This document shows positions 43,301 through 56,894 of a DNA stretch of 64,000 bases, one piece after another; within the stretch, counting starts at the first letter, position 1, and every line of letters begins with the position of its first letter. The DNA is from the human T2T-CHM13v2.0 reference genome, Homo sapiens. The stretch lies in the NCBI RefSeq assembly GCF_009914755.1, contig NC_060941.1; one strand, given 5' to 3'. The notes below the pieces were generated by a model. It was not told the DNA's origin and did not search any database. It was given only the letters and a program-made list of their open reading frames with translations. The position numbers and the translations under genes are program-made.

Positions 43301-45896
43301 CGGTGATACTTGCTCTTTGGTTTCAGAGGGGTCTTTGCCTTTTGTTTCTGGGAGTGTTTCTTCTTGGGAGTTATGGTGCAATTTCAGTTGTCGGGAGGGA
43401 ACCCACACAGGTTGTTGTCCTTTTCCTGGGGAAACACAAGCAAAACCCCTACCCCATGTTACGACAGTGCCTAATTCCCATTTGTTAGTTTTTGCATCCT
43501 TCCACCATACGTGCATTCCTTTTTGTGGATCAAATTTATTTCCAGTGAAATGTTGTTCTGCTGTTGTAAAAAGTTGATTTCTTAGTAGGTTTAAGAAATT
43601 TCAGTATAAAAGCAGCCAGATTTAACTAACTGAGCATAAGGGGTAGCAGCATCCCTCTGTTTTAGTGTCCTGTTTCCGAAGTTGCTCTTTGAGTGTTTTA
43701 TTGGCTCGTTCCACCAAGGTCTGTCCTTGAGAGTTATAGGGGATGCCAGTTGTGTGAGTAATTGCCCATGTCTGAGTGAACTTTTTAAAAGCAGCACTAG
43801 TGTAGCTGGGGCTGTTGTCAGTTTTTAGTTTCTTGGGACAGCCCATAACCGAGAAACATGAAAGTATGTGTCATTTAACATGAGCCATACTTTCCCCCTG
43901 TTTGACAAGTGGCCCAGACAAAATGAGAAAAAGCATCAATAGTTACATGTATAAAAGACAGCTTGCCAAAAGCAGCATAATGGGTCATATCCATTTGCCA
44001 GAGAGCATTCTGTGAAAGTCCTCTAGTGTTAACTTCTGAAGAAAGTGGATGTAAAATTAACACTTGACAAGTAGGACAGTGACATACAATGGTTTTAGCT
44101 TGTTTCCATGTGAGGGGGAACTTTTTTCAGAGTCCCACAGCATTGACATGAGTTAAAGTATGAAAATTTTCTGCATATGTAAAAACGGGAGCAAGTAATG
44201 TATCAGCTCTGGCATTTGCTGCCAAGAGAGGTCTGGGGAGGGTTGTGTGACCCTGAATATGAGTAATGTAGGAAGGAGAAGACCTTGATCTGAGTATGGA
44301 CTGAAACCTTTGGAAAAGAAAAAGTAGGTTGTCATCAGGCAGAAATTTGATTCAGGCAGTTTCAATGTTGTGAGCAACATGTACTACATACGCCGAATCA
44401 GAAACAATGTTAACTGCTTCAGGGAAATATTCAAGAACAGCCATGATACCAAACAGCTCAGCTCACTGTGCTGAAATAGCTCCTGTGTTAAGAACATGTT
44501 CTCTTGGACCCATATATGCTGCTCGGCCATTACAGGAAGCATCAGTAAAAACAGTGGCAGCTTCAGCTAATGGGGTGTTTCTAGTAATGTTAGGCAAAAT
44601 CCAAGGAGTTTAAGGAACTGAAATAATTTTACGTTAGGATAGTGATTATCAGTTATACCCGGGAAACCTGCCAAATGTACTTGCCAAGAGATGCAGGTTG
44701 CAAAAGCCTGTTGGACTTGTAATCGGGTGAGGGGAACAATTATTTTTTTGGGCTCTGTACCCAAAAGATGAAGGAGACGAGAACGAGCCTGACCAATTAA
44801 GATAGAAATTTGATCTAAGTAAATAGTAAGTGTCCGTAAAGAGCTGTGTGGAAGAAAACACCATTCAATTAAATTATGTCCCTGAATAATGAGTCCTGTT
44901 GGTGAATGTTCAGTAGGAAAAATTAGTATTTCAAAAAGTAAATGTGGATTCACTCTGGTAACCTGAGACTGTTCAATGCGTTTTTCTATAAGTTGTAATT
45001 CAGAATCCACCTCAGGAGTCAGAGACCTTTTGCTGTGTAAATCAGGATTGCCCCGTAACGTTGCAAAAAGATTAGACATAGCATATGTAGGAATGCCTAA
45101 GGAGGGATGAATCCAATTAATATCTCCAAGTAATTTTTGGAAATCATTTAGAGTTTTTAAAGAATCTCATCTGAATTGAACTTTTTTGGGCTTAATAACC
45201 TTGTCCTCTAGCTGCATTCCTAAATAGTGATAAGGGGAAGAAGTCTGAATTTTTTCTGGAGCGATAACCAAACCAGCTGCTGCAACTGCTTGTTGTACTG
45301 CAGAGAAACAAGATATTAATACAGAGCGTGAAGGTGCTGCACAAAGAATATCATCCATGTAATGAATGACATAACATTGGGGAAACTGATCTCTTACTGG
45401 CTTTAGTATGGTCCCCACATAATATTGACAAATAGTAGAGTTATTAAGCATACCTTGAGGTAGGACTTTCCAATGGTAATGTGCTGCAGGAGGGATGTTG
45501 TTAAGGGTTGGAACTGTGAAAGCAAATTTTTCAAAGTCCTGAGGGGCCAGAGGAATGTAAAACAAGCAATCTTTAAGGTCAATGATGATAAGTGGCCAAT
45601 ACTTGGGAATCATAGTGGGGGAGGGCAAACCAGGCTGTAATGTCCCCATAGGTTGAAGGACAGCATTTGCTGCCCTAAGATCAGTAAGCATTCTCCACTT
45701 ACCAGACCTCTTTTGGATAACAAAGGCAGGTGAATTCCAGGGAGAAAAAGAGGGTTTGACCCAATTTTAACTGTTCAAGAACCAAAATATGAAGTGCCTC
45801 CAGCTTATTTTTTGGGAGCAGCCACTGATCTACCCAAACCAGTTTCTGAGTTTTCCAAGTCAAAGGGATGGGATCTGGAGACTTGATAGTGACCAC
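43290..45896 (-). pseudogene. pol: P3 pol (fragmented)
   Basis: ORF 45167-45691 has LPQGMLN and YMDD; integrase WQMDMTH and WWKD...WGRGFACV. Confidence 0.92.
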
Positions 45897-45899
45897 TTC

Positions 45900-46750
45900 T
45901 AAAAAGAATAACCAAGTCCTGTAGAATCTGGTTTATGGGTAGGTATAATAGGCTCGGTGATGCCTTGTGCTGATTTTCCCAAGCCCATATCTTGAACAAA
46001 TCCCATTTTTGTCATAATGTCTTTACTTTGCTGGCTGTAACTGCCTTGTGGAAAAGAAATCTATGTCCCCCATTGATATAAAAGATCTTTTCCCCACAGG
46101 TTAACAGGAATGGGTGTAATGAGGGGGCAGATAGTTCCCATTTGTCCTTCAGGGCCCATGCAATGTAAAATTGTGGAGCTTGCATATACTTCTGAAGCGT
46201 CACCAACACCAACTAATGCTGTGGACATATGCTCCTTTAGCCAGTGTTGGGGCCATTGATGTAAAGCAATAATAGAAACATCAGCACCCGTATCAATCAT
46301 TCCCTCAAACTTCCTCCCTTGAATATGCACAGAGCACACAGGATGAGTGTCAGAAATTTTGCTGGCCCAATAAGCCACTTTGCCTTGATAATCTGTGCTA
46401 CCAAAATCTCTGTTTCTCATACAAGAACTGGATCCTAAAGGAATGTAAGGGAGTATCAGAAGTTGAGCAATGCGGTCCCCAGCTGCCACATTCCAAGGGA
46501 CTGCAGAGCTAATGACAATATGAATTTCACCTGAATAGTCAGAATCAATTACACCAGTATGTACTTGAGCACCTTTTAAATTTAGACTTGAATGACCAAG
46601 TAGCAAACTGACACTGCCAGTCAGTAAGGGACCAAAAACACCTCTAGGAACAGCAATAGGCAGCTATCCAAGCAACAGAGAAATGTCTCTGGTACAAGAG
46701 AGATCTATTGCTGCTGAGCCTGCAGTGGTAGGAGACAAACACTGTACTGA
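45900..46750 (-). pseudogene. pro: P3 pro (dUTPase-protease)
   Basis: ORF 46061-46606 has GVIDSDYSGEI, RIAQLLILP and DTGAD. Confidence 0.9.
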
Positions 46751-46849
46751 GATTCCTGCTGGGGCTGGGCCATTAGATCCTGTGGCACAAATTGCTGAAG
46801 TGGGAATTGGGGTGGAGGTTGAATCGATTGGACTGGGAAGGCACCCATC

Positions 46850-49800
46850 TGGCTGGATGCCAGGGGCTGGGAGTTGAGGAATGCGCCATTGTTTAGAGGG
46901 GCCTGGGGCCAGCCCCTCGTTCCATTTCCCTGGTTGTTAAGCGACTGTAAAGGATTACCATCAATATCAAATCTCGAATGGCATTGAGCAGCTCAGTGAT
47001 TTATCTTTTGGCATCGTGGGCATAAAGTAGAAGGTGGGACTTTCTGTTGTTGAAAAATTTTTTGTTGTTGGTGGTGGTGGGGTTGAAAAGAATGGCAACA
47101 TGTACACTGGGGACAATTTCTTTTAGCATGTCCTGTCTGGCCGCATATAAAGCATTGGCCAGTGAATTGTCCAGGCGTTCGAATAGAGGCCATGGCTTGT
47201 GCCATGATCATTGCTGTGTGCAGAGTTCCTCCCACACCTTCACAGGCTTTAATGTAGGAGGTGAGTATATCACACACACACACACACACACCCATGGAAT
47301 TTTACCTTTAACAGGGCGAATAGCCACCTGACAATCTGGATTTGCTTGTTCATAAGCCATGAGTTCTACAACAAGTCAATGGCCGTGGCTCAGGGATAGC
47401 TTTTTCTGCTGCGTCTTGGAGATGGGCAATAAAGTCTGGGTAGGGTTCATGTTGTCCCTGTCTGACTGCCGCAAACGATGGGCATACTTTGCCATCATCT
47501 TGAATCTTTTCCCAAGCATCTAAGCAACATTTCCACAGTTGTTCAATAACCACATCATTTACTATAGTTTGGTTTCTAATTGCAGCCCACTGACCCATTC
47601 CCAGTAACTGGTCAACTGTAACGTTAACAGGAGGATTGGAGCCCTGATTAAGATGAATGTGTTCCTGGACAGCATCAACCCACCAAGTCCTGAATTGTAA
47701 ATATTGGGATTTAGATAAGACTGACTTTCAGTCAAGTGAGCATTTTTTAAGAACACGTTGTACTGAGAACCACTTAAGCATTGAATGCGGAGAAAGCAGT
47801 GCTACCTCAGTTTTGCTGGAAGTAGACTTCTTTGATAGTTTTCTTTCTTTGATGAAGTTTCTGTATTTTCATGTTGTAAGTGGAAATACTTTTTTTTGTT
47901 TGTTTGTTTCATTTGCCTTGGAGCCAAAGTTTCTGTTCCTGGTGGTCGGGAAACTGCCTGCCGGCCAACTGACTTGAAGGAAAACTGTGGTATGGAGCTC
48001 TGCTTGAATTTTTTTTTTTTTAATATTTTTATTTTTTTCTTTGAATATCATCAGCTTACTTGTCTGGCAAGGGCAGAAGCCTGGGGTTGGCCTGAACTCT
48101 GCCAAACAAATATCAAAGTGTATTTAATAGTTAAATTTGTGCCCTTTCCCTTCTTGCTGCACCCATGTTGTCACTTAACCCCCAGGAGTTATTTATTATC
48201 TTTTTGTCAAAGTCAGGCTCATTTGGGGTAATGTGATGACTGTTTAGGTTTACATGACCCTCCTCTCCTTTCCCTACCCCCAAATATGTATATATACATA
48301 TATAAAATATGTATATATTTTACCTATATAAAATATATATATATATACACATATATGTATCTATATTCCTTTGTTTCTTTGCCTGCTTATACTGGCCATA
48401 AAAGAGGGAGCTGCCTTCAATGTATAAAGTATAAGAAGAGTGCCAGGGAATGCCATAATGGAGGTTTTTGGATCTGAATTTGGACCATTTCACTAAAGAG
48501 AACATGAGTTTGCTCAACCCTTTCCTCACAAGAGGGAGGGCCCTGGTTCCCCAGACTTCTCCACGCACTGGCTCCATAAAGGCCAGCTTTGGCCAGGCTG
48601 CCACAGGGGCCTGAGGAGCTCACTCTGGGCCTCCCTGGTTTCAGTTAGAGGATCCTCCTGTTATTTTTCCATTTAAAAAGTATGTCCTCATAAAACTGTA
48701 ATGGAAGGATGGGTGGCAGGAACTTGTATAGTTCAGCTTCCAACACTTTGGAACAGATTAAAAAGGGAATCTTTTAAATAAAAACTTATAAAAATAAAAA
48801 AAAAATAGATAAGACTGACTTTGCTAAAATCTCCCAGTCATAGGGCACCAAACATTTATTTATCTTCTGCTAGGGCTTTTAATGTGGAACGGACAAAAGG
48901 AGAGTTGATGCTGTATTGTTTTACTGATTCCTTGAAATCTTTGAGGAATTTAGAAAAACTTTCCCAAGGAGCAGGGCGTAGCTGAACCTGAGCTAGAAGT
49001 ATGGGGTCAGGTTGAACTACTGTCTGAACTGCTGGAATACCAGGTACTGGCTGTGCCCCAGCGGAAGGCAGTTGTGGAGCCTGATTATTTCCCTGAGCAG
49101 CCTGATTGTCCGGCTGAGGGGCTTGATTATCAGGCTGTTGATCTTGATGAGCTGCAGGATCAGCCACCTGCTGAGCAGGATGAATGGGCTGTGGGTGATT
49201 TTGTGACCCTGGGGTGGCAGGTACTGGAGGGTGTAAAATTACAAGAAATTACCAGGCACCAGGATCCCCATATTCCCTTGCCTGAACTATAGCCCTCATA
49301 AGCGGAGTGTCATTTCCAGGGATGTATGTAACTTGTTGCTTATGAGTGGCAATGGTAGTATTGGCAACAGCAGTAGCGACCAGACGAGGAGCAGAAAAAC
49401 GGTTGGAATTTTGAAAGAAGGAAGAGTTGAGAACCCGAAGGCCAGGATGAGACCAGATTACCTGCTGAGCAGGTCTTTCATGGGCCTGAAATCCAGGCTG
49501 CCACGGCAACTGTGGACCAGGCTTCAAGAGAGCCTGAGGCTTCAAGGGAGCCTGATTTGTAGAAAAGGAACCAGGCTTCAAGGGAGCCTGTGACTCCAAG
49601 GGAGTCCGATTAGCAGAAAAAGAACCAGGCTTCAAGGGAGCCTGTGACTCCAAGGGAATCCGATTAGCAGAAAAGGAACCAGGCATAAGAAAACTAGGCT
49701 GTGGAGGGATAGGGCTGAGGGCCTCATTACCGGGCCGAGAATTGAAAGCCTCCTCATCAGGCTGTATAGATATCAGAGCCTCTGTACTCTGGGCTATCGA

Positions 49801-50453
49801 GCTGCATGGAAACATAATTTAGAGCCCTGCTTTCAGGCCACCTGATCTCATCTGCTATCTGCATGGCTGCAGCATTGAGAGGGTGAGGAAAGGCAGGAGG
49901 GTCTGGCTGCAATGGCTGCTGATACATTTCAGCTGCGTTTTGCTAGTTGGGGGAAATAAGTTCATTCAGGTCAGTTAAAAGTTCATCATAAAGTAATAAC
50001 TGGGGTGCAGTAGGCTCTGGCGTACGTGGTAGCACCAAAGGAATGTCAGAGTGGAAGTCTGCCTGTAAAATTATGGTCTCAATCTGTGCAGTATCCTCAG
50101 GGGAAAGAGAACTGAGAACTTCCTCAACCTCATCAGAGGAGAGGAAACAGGGATCAGTCTCTGTATTGTCCTCCTGAGTCTGTAAGGAGTCTAGGACAGC
50201 AAACCAAAGCCCAGATTGACCAAATGGTGGGTGGAATAAAATGTCCCCCTTTATGGGCAATTTTGAATTGTCTGCCAATCTCATCCCAATCCTTAAGTTC
50301 TAAAGTTCCCTCAGTCAGAAACCAAGGGCAAAGAAGATCTACAACCTCAAACAGTTCAATTAACTTATCAGTAGAAACTTTAACCCTTCCTTCTTTAAGG
50401 AGAGTTTTTATAAAATTTAAATAAGCTGAGTACTTAGTACTGGCCTGTCCCAT
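46850..50453 (-). pseudogene. gag: P3 gag (fragmented, interrupted by a retrocopy)
   Basis: MGQASTKYSAY start, MHR, CFICGQTGHAKRNC knuckle. Confidence 0.9.
47729..48805 (+). pseudogene. 5'-truncated processed retrocopy of an unidentified mRNA 3' UTR
   Basis: 17-bp TSD TAGATAAGACTGACTTT (47712-47728 and 48806-48822); AATAAA at 48777 followed by an A tail; not recognisably a transposon. Confidence 0.85.
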
Positions 50454-52205
50454 GGTGTCCCCAGGATACTCTGAGTGCTCAGGCTTACCACCATGCTTGT
50501 CGACCGCAATCCTCAGGAATCTTTTGTCAAAATCCTCCACTGAGTCCCATGCTCAAAGTGCAACTTCACACAGCGAGGGAGAGCCCCACATTGGGCGCCA
50601 GATGTAGGGGACAGCCCTACAGGGTCTGTGGGTTTTTCTCCCCATGTGCGGAGACGAGAGATCATAGAAATAAAGACACAAGACAAAGAGATAAAAGAAA
50701 AGACAGCTGGGCCCAGGGGACCACTACCACCAAGACACAAAGACCGGTAATGGCTCCGAATGCCAGGCTGTGCTGTTATTTATTGGATACAAGACAAGGG
50801 GGAAGGGTAAGGAGTGTGAGCCATCTCCAGTGATAGGTAAGGTCACGTGGGTCACATGTACACTGGAAAGGGGGCCCTTCCCTGTTTGGCAGCCCAGGTG
50901 GAGAGAGGAGAGACAGCTTACGCCATTATTTCTGCATTTCAGAGACTTTTAATACTTTCAGTAATTCTCCTACTATCTAGAAGGCAGAGCCAGGTGTACA
51001 GGATGGAACATTAAAGTGGACCAGGAGTGTGACCACTGAAGCACAGCATCACAGGGAGATGGTTAGGCCTCTGGATAACTGCAGGTGGGCCTGACTGATG
51101 TCAGGCCCTCCACAAGAGGTGGTGGAGTAGAGTCTTCTCTAAACTCCCCCAGGGAAAAGGAGACTCCCTTTCCTGGTCTGCTCAGTAGCGGGTGCTTTTC
51201 CTTGGCACTGATGCTACTACTAGACCATGGTCCACTTGGTAACAGGTGTCTTCCCAGATGCTGGTGTTACTGCTAGACCAAGGAGCCCTCTGGTGGCCCT
51301 GTCCGGACATAACAGAAGGCTCACACTCTTGTCTACTGGTCACTTCTCACCATGTCCCCTCAGATCCTATCTCTGTATGGCCTGGTTTTTTCTAGGTTAT
51401 GATTGTAGTGCAAGGATTATTATAATATTGGGATAAAGAGTAATTACTACAAACTAATGATTAATGATATGTACATATAATCATATCTGTGATTTATATC
51501 TAGTATAACTCTTGTTATTACATATATCTTATTACACTGGAATAGCTCGTGCTCTCAGTCTCTTGCCTCGGCACTTGGGTGGCTTGCTGCCCACAGAAGC
51601 CTCATTACCAGGCCAAACAGGCAGAAGGTTGAGAGCCCCACAGCAGGGCTGAACAGAGACAGAGTTGAGGGCCTCATTGCTGGGCTGAACAGGCGGAAGG
51701 TTGAGAGCCCTACAGCAGGGCTGAGGAAAGACAGGAGGGTCTGGCCATGATAGCTGTTGATGATATATTTCGGTTGGAGTTTGCTGGTTTGGGGAAAGAT
51801 CATTTTTAAAGGTCATCAAAAAGTGATAATGGAGGCATGGTAGGCTCTGGTGTAGGTGGTGGGGCCAAAGGAATGTCAGAATGGAGGTCCGTCTGCAGAA
51901 TCACGGCCTCAATCTGTGCAGTATCCTCAGGGGAAAGAGAACTGAGGACTTCCTCAACCTCCTTGGAGGAGAGGAAAGAGGGACCAGCCTCCATGTTGTC
52001 CTCCTGAGGATGCAAGGAGTCTAGGACAGAGTGAACCAAAGCCCAGATTAAGCAAATGTGGGCAGAATAGTATGTTCCCCTTTATGAACAATTTTAAATT
52101 GTCAGCCAATTTCGTCCCAGAGTTTGAGTTCTAAATTTCCCTCAGTAGGAAACCAAGGGTAAAGGAGTTCTACAACCTCAAACAGTTCAATTAACTTATC
52201 AGTAG

Positions 52206-52484
<279 letters not shown>

Positions 52485-53691
52485 ACCTCTTTCTTTAAGG
52501 AGAGTTTTTATAAAGTTCAAATAAGCCAAGCACTTGGTACTGGCCTGTCCCATGGTGTCCCCGGGATTCTCTGAGTGTCCAAGCTTACCACCAAGCTTAT
52601 TGACTGCAATCCTCAGGAATCTGTCATTGGTAGTCCTCCGCTGAGTTCCACGCTCAAGGCGCACCTTCACACAGTGAGAGAGAAGACCTCATTGGGTGCC
52701 AGACGTAAGGTCCAGCCCTACAGGGCCTGTGGGTTTTCTCTTCATGTGTGGAGACAAGAGATCATAGGAAAATAAGACACAAGACAAAGACAGTAAGAAA
52801 GACAGCTGGGCCCAGGGGGCCACTACCACCAATGCGTGGAGTCCGGTAGTGGCCCAGAATGCCTGGATGCATTGCTATTTATTGTATACAAGGCAAAGGG
52901 GCAGGGTAAGGAGAGTGAGTCATCCCAAGTGATTGATAAGGTCAAGCAAGTCACTTGTCCACGTGACAGGCAGCCTTTCCCTTTGTGGTAGCCAAAGCAG
53001 AGAGGGAGGACAGCATACGTCAGCATTTTTTCTATGCACTTATCAGAAAGATCAAAGACGTTAGTACTTTTACTAATTCTGCTACTGCTATCTTCTAAGA
53101 ACTTAAAAGGAGGAGCCAGGTGTACAGGCGGAATGTGAAAGTGAACAAGGAGCATGACCACTGAAGCACAGCATCACAGGGAGACGTTTAAGCCTCCAGA
53201 TGACTACGGGCAGGCCTGGCTACTGTTCGACCTCCCACAAGAACTGGTGGAGCAGAGTGTTCTCTAACTCCCCCAAGGAAAGGGAAACTCCCTTTCCTGG
53301 TCTGCTAAGTAATGGGTGCCGCCTTCCCACGCACTGGCACTACTGCTAGACCAAGGTCTGCTAAATAACGGGTGCCTTCCCAGGCACTGGCACTACCACT
53401 AAACCAAGGAGCCCTCAAGGAGCCCTTATTTGGGTGTGACAGAGGGTTCATACTCTTGTCTTCTGGTCACCTCTCACAGTGTCCCTTCAGCTCCTGACTC
53501 TGTATGGCCTGGTTTTTCCTCAGTTAAAATAACAAACATTAATACTAAAAACTAATAATTGATAATATCCATATATAATCTCTATATCCTATGTCTAATA
53601 TAACTTTCTTTTATCCTATTTTCTTTATTATATTGGAGCAGCTTATGCCTTCAGTCTCTTTCCTCGGCACCTGGGTGGCTTTCTGCCCACA

Positions 53692-54209
53692 CTGACTGAG
53701 CCAAGTGAATGGAAAGTAAGTCACACTCTGGTGATATACACGTGGTAAACGTGAATGCAGTGATCTTCATACCATATCTACTGAGCCACGTGAATCAAAA
53801 AATAGACTCAGCAGAGTGATGTTCATGCGGTAACTGGAAGTCAATCATCTTCATACCACATCTAACTGAGTCAAGTGAATCGAAAATTAGTCAGACTCTG
53901 GAGAGCAAAGTACATGTCATAAATTTAAATGACAGGCTCTTTATACCCCTCTGACTGAGCCAGGTGAATTGAAATGTAGTTAGACTCTGGATAGTGACGT
54001 ACATGTGACGAATATGAATGCAGTGATATTCATACCGCATCTGACTAAGCCAAGTGAATTGAAAAGTGGTAAGACTCCTAATAGTGACATACACGCCATG
54101 ACATTGAAGGCAGCAATCTTCATACTGCATGTGAGTGAGCCAAGTGAATCAAAAAGAAGTCAGACTCTAGATAGTAACGTACACACAGAAAACTTGAATG
54201 CAGCAATCA
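53692..54209. repeat. Degenerate ~90-bp tandem repeat, left block (about 6 monomers)
   Basis: CTGACTGAGCCAAGTGAAT motif near 53692, 53778, 53862, 53951, 54041 and 54131. Confidence 0.85.
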
Positions 54210-56894
54210 TGTTACAGGAAAGGGGCCCCAATCCAGACCCCAAGAGAGGGTTCTTGAATCTCACACAAGAAAGAATTCAGGATGAGCCCTCAGTGCAAAG
54301 TAAATGCAAGTTTTTTAAGAAGGCAAAGTGGTGAAAAAACAGCTACTCCATAGACAGAATAGGACATTCCCAAAAGTAAGAGGAGGAACACATCTATCCT
54401 AGGTACAATGCTTGTATATTTGGGGAGATGTGCTCTGCTACAAGGGTTTGTGATAAAAGATTAATGTTCTCAATTACTGTATTTTGCAAGAACCGATATT
54501 ATCATCTTTGAAGCAAAATTAGGAATGCCTTTGTTCTCCAGATATCGACATATCTGGACATTGCCACGTTTGGGTCTGTTTAGTAAACATTATTAATTTG
54601 TTCCCTTAGCCATAAACATCTAGAGGCTAGGAATGCCTGACTTTCTCAGAATCCAGCCCAGAAAGTCCCAGCCTCATTTTCCTAGCCCTCCCTCAAAATG
54701 GAGTCGCTTTGGTTCAAATGCCTCGGACATATCTCCCCACTCCCTTTACAAGAGGACCCTTAATCCTAAGGGTTGCAGCAAGATGAAGATCTGTCTTGTG
54801 TAACTTCTTCAGGCTGAATTGGGGCAATGATATTGCTGCCTAACTATTACAGTCTCTTGCATTCGGGATAGAGAAAAGCTCAGAGAGCGTTGATATGGTA
54901 AATGTCATTCATAACTCTGAGTTCTGACGAAAGGTGATATCTGGAAGATTAGTAAGTGTCCAATTTAAAAAAGCATTGAGTGAGCTTGTCTTGCATTCCT
55001 ACACAAAGAGCTCAACCACAATATTTTCCACAGCAGCAAAGCAAAGTAAGTAAAATTATTCCAAGTAAACTAAACAGGAAGTCTTTCCAAGAACTAGGCA
55101 GTTGTTGAAACCAAGCCAATATAGGGTCGATTGACAGCACGCCAATGGCAGAGATATGAGTGTCTAAAGCTTTCATAGCCTGGGTAATAGTATGTGAATA
55201 GTCAAAAACATACACACAACATTCGATTTTGATCAAAGCACATGTTTCCCCTTGGGCTGCTGTTAAAATGTCCACATACCCAGCAGTTTATCTGATTATG
55301 TAGAGAGGCTAAAGCCTATGCCCACTCAATAAATAAGTTAATCTCTGCATGATTCCAACTTCTACCCAAAAGGAGAATCCCAATCCATATCTTTAGGTTA
55401 CCCATCTCTTTCATTTCTTCTGAACAGGAGTCGGAGGTCACTGCTTGGCTCACAGGGATAAACGGGATCAGTCTGTGTTCCACCAGATTGCGGGACTTCA
55501 TAAGAGACAGGTTTCATTCGAGATAAGTGGACCCAGCTGTTTATTCCCAGAAGTTTAACTATAGCTGGCATACTGAGGAGAACTTGATAGGGTCCCTTCC
55601 ATTTTGGGGAAAGTTGATCTTCTGGGAATAGTTCCAAGTTTCTAACAGGACTCAATCTCCTGGCTGGGTTGTAACAAGAGTCTCTTTCTTAGTGGGGGAA
55701 GGGAGTCTTTGGTTTCCATATTTAAGGAGTGCATTTTGCATTTGTTCTAAGTTGATCACATAATTCTGTAGCTTGAAAGTATCTATGTCTATTAGGAGGT
55801 CTGTAGTTAAGAAAGGCCTTCCATACATAATTTCAAAACTGGTGAGCCATAGATTTCCCTTAGGAGCCACTCAAACACTTAATAAGGCTATAGGTAATAA
55901 AGACAGCCAGGTTTCTGATATCTCCTGGCATAGTTTAGCAAGAGTCCTTTTTAGAGCTTGATTAGCTCTTTCTACTTTCCCTGAAGACTGTGGCCTCCTT
56001 GCCAAGTGAAGGCGGTACTGAATTCCTAGGGCTGAAGATACGTTTTGGGTAATTGTCACTGTGAAACATGGCCAATGATTGCTCTGTAAACTCTTAGGCG
56101 GACCAAATCTAAGACTTATTTCCTTTAACAGGAGTTTAGAAACTTCAATTGCCTTTTCAGACCAGGTAGGAAAAGCCTGAACCAACAAGTAAAGGTGTTA
56201 ATGACTAACAATAAATATTTCAACCCTTTACATAGGGGCATCTGAGTATAGTCTATTTGTCAGTCTTCAACAAGGTACATTCCCCTATGCTAAACAGGAC
56301 TTATTAGGGGAGGAGGTAAAGATTGGTTATTTGGGTTATTCCGGGCACATAGGTCACAGGCCTGAGTTACCTGCTTTACCGTTTTAAGTAAGTCTTTTCC
56401 TACAAAAAGCCTGGGCATTAATTAAAACAGGGAATCTCTTTCCAGATGAGTAGAGAGAGTCATGCAAATACTTAGCTATTTTCCACTGATTAGCACCTGG
56501 TAGTAACAGCTTGTTGTCATTGATAAGCCAGCCAGAAGGATCTTGAATTAAACCCTGACCTTTAGCCCATTCTTGTTCCTCTTCAGTATACCCAGGTTCT
56601 GTCATTACCATGGCTGAGGGCACTAACATGCTGACAGGTCCAACTAGCTCCTTTAATGCTGCTGTCTTAGCAGCTGCATCTGCAAAGGAGTTTCCCTTAG
56701 CCGCACTAGAGTCTCCTTTTTGATGTCCTCTGCAATGGATTAGAGCTACTTCCTTGGGCAGCAAAACAGCATCCAATAGATTCCGAATTTCTAAGTGATG
56801 TTTTATAGGGATCCCTTAGCAGTTGGAAGGCCCTGTTCCTTCCAGATAGCAGCATGAGCATGAAGTGCCAGAAAGGCATACTTAGAATCAGTAT

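Larger units (their letters stand above)
40387..51595 (-). mobile_element. HML-4-like provirus P3 nested in P2 gag (3' LTR 40387-41382; 5' LTR 50603-51595)
   Basis: Two mutually similar LTRs; PPT at 41383; PBS TGGCGCCCAATGTGGGGC (tRNA-Lys1,2-like) at 50583-50600. Confidence 0.9.

Noticed and set aside
40381-51601. Perfect TSD for P3
   Set aside because: The flanks AGAGCC and GAAGCC match only partly; nesting rests on gag-repeat continuity instead.
53692-54209. CRISPR-like repeat-spacer reading of the 90-bp repeat
   Set aside because: The whole monomer is homologous between copies, with no unique spacers, and the context is primate DNA with no cas genes.
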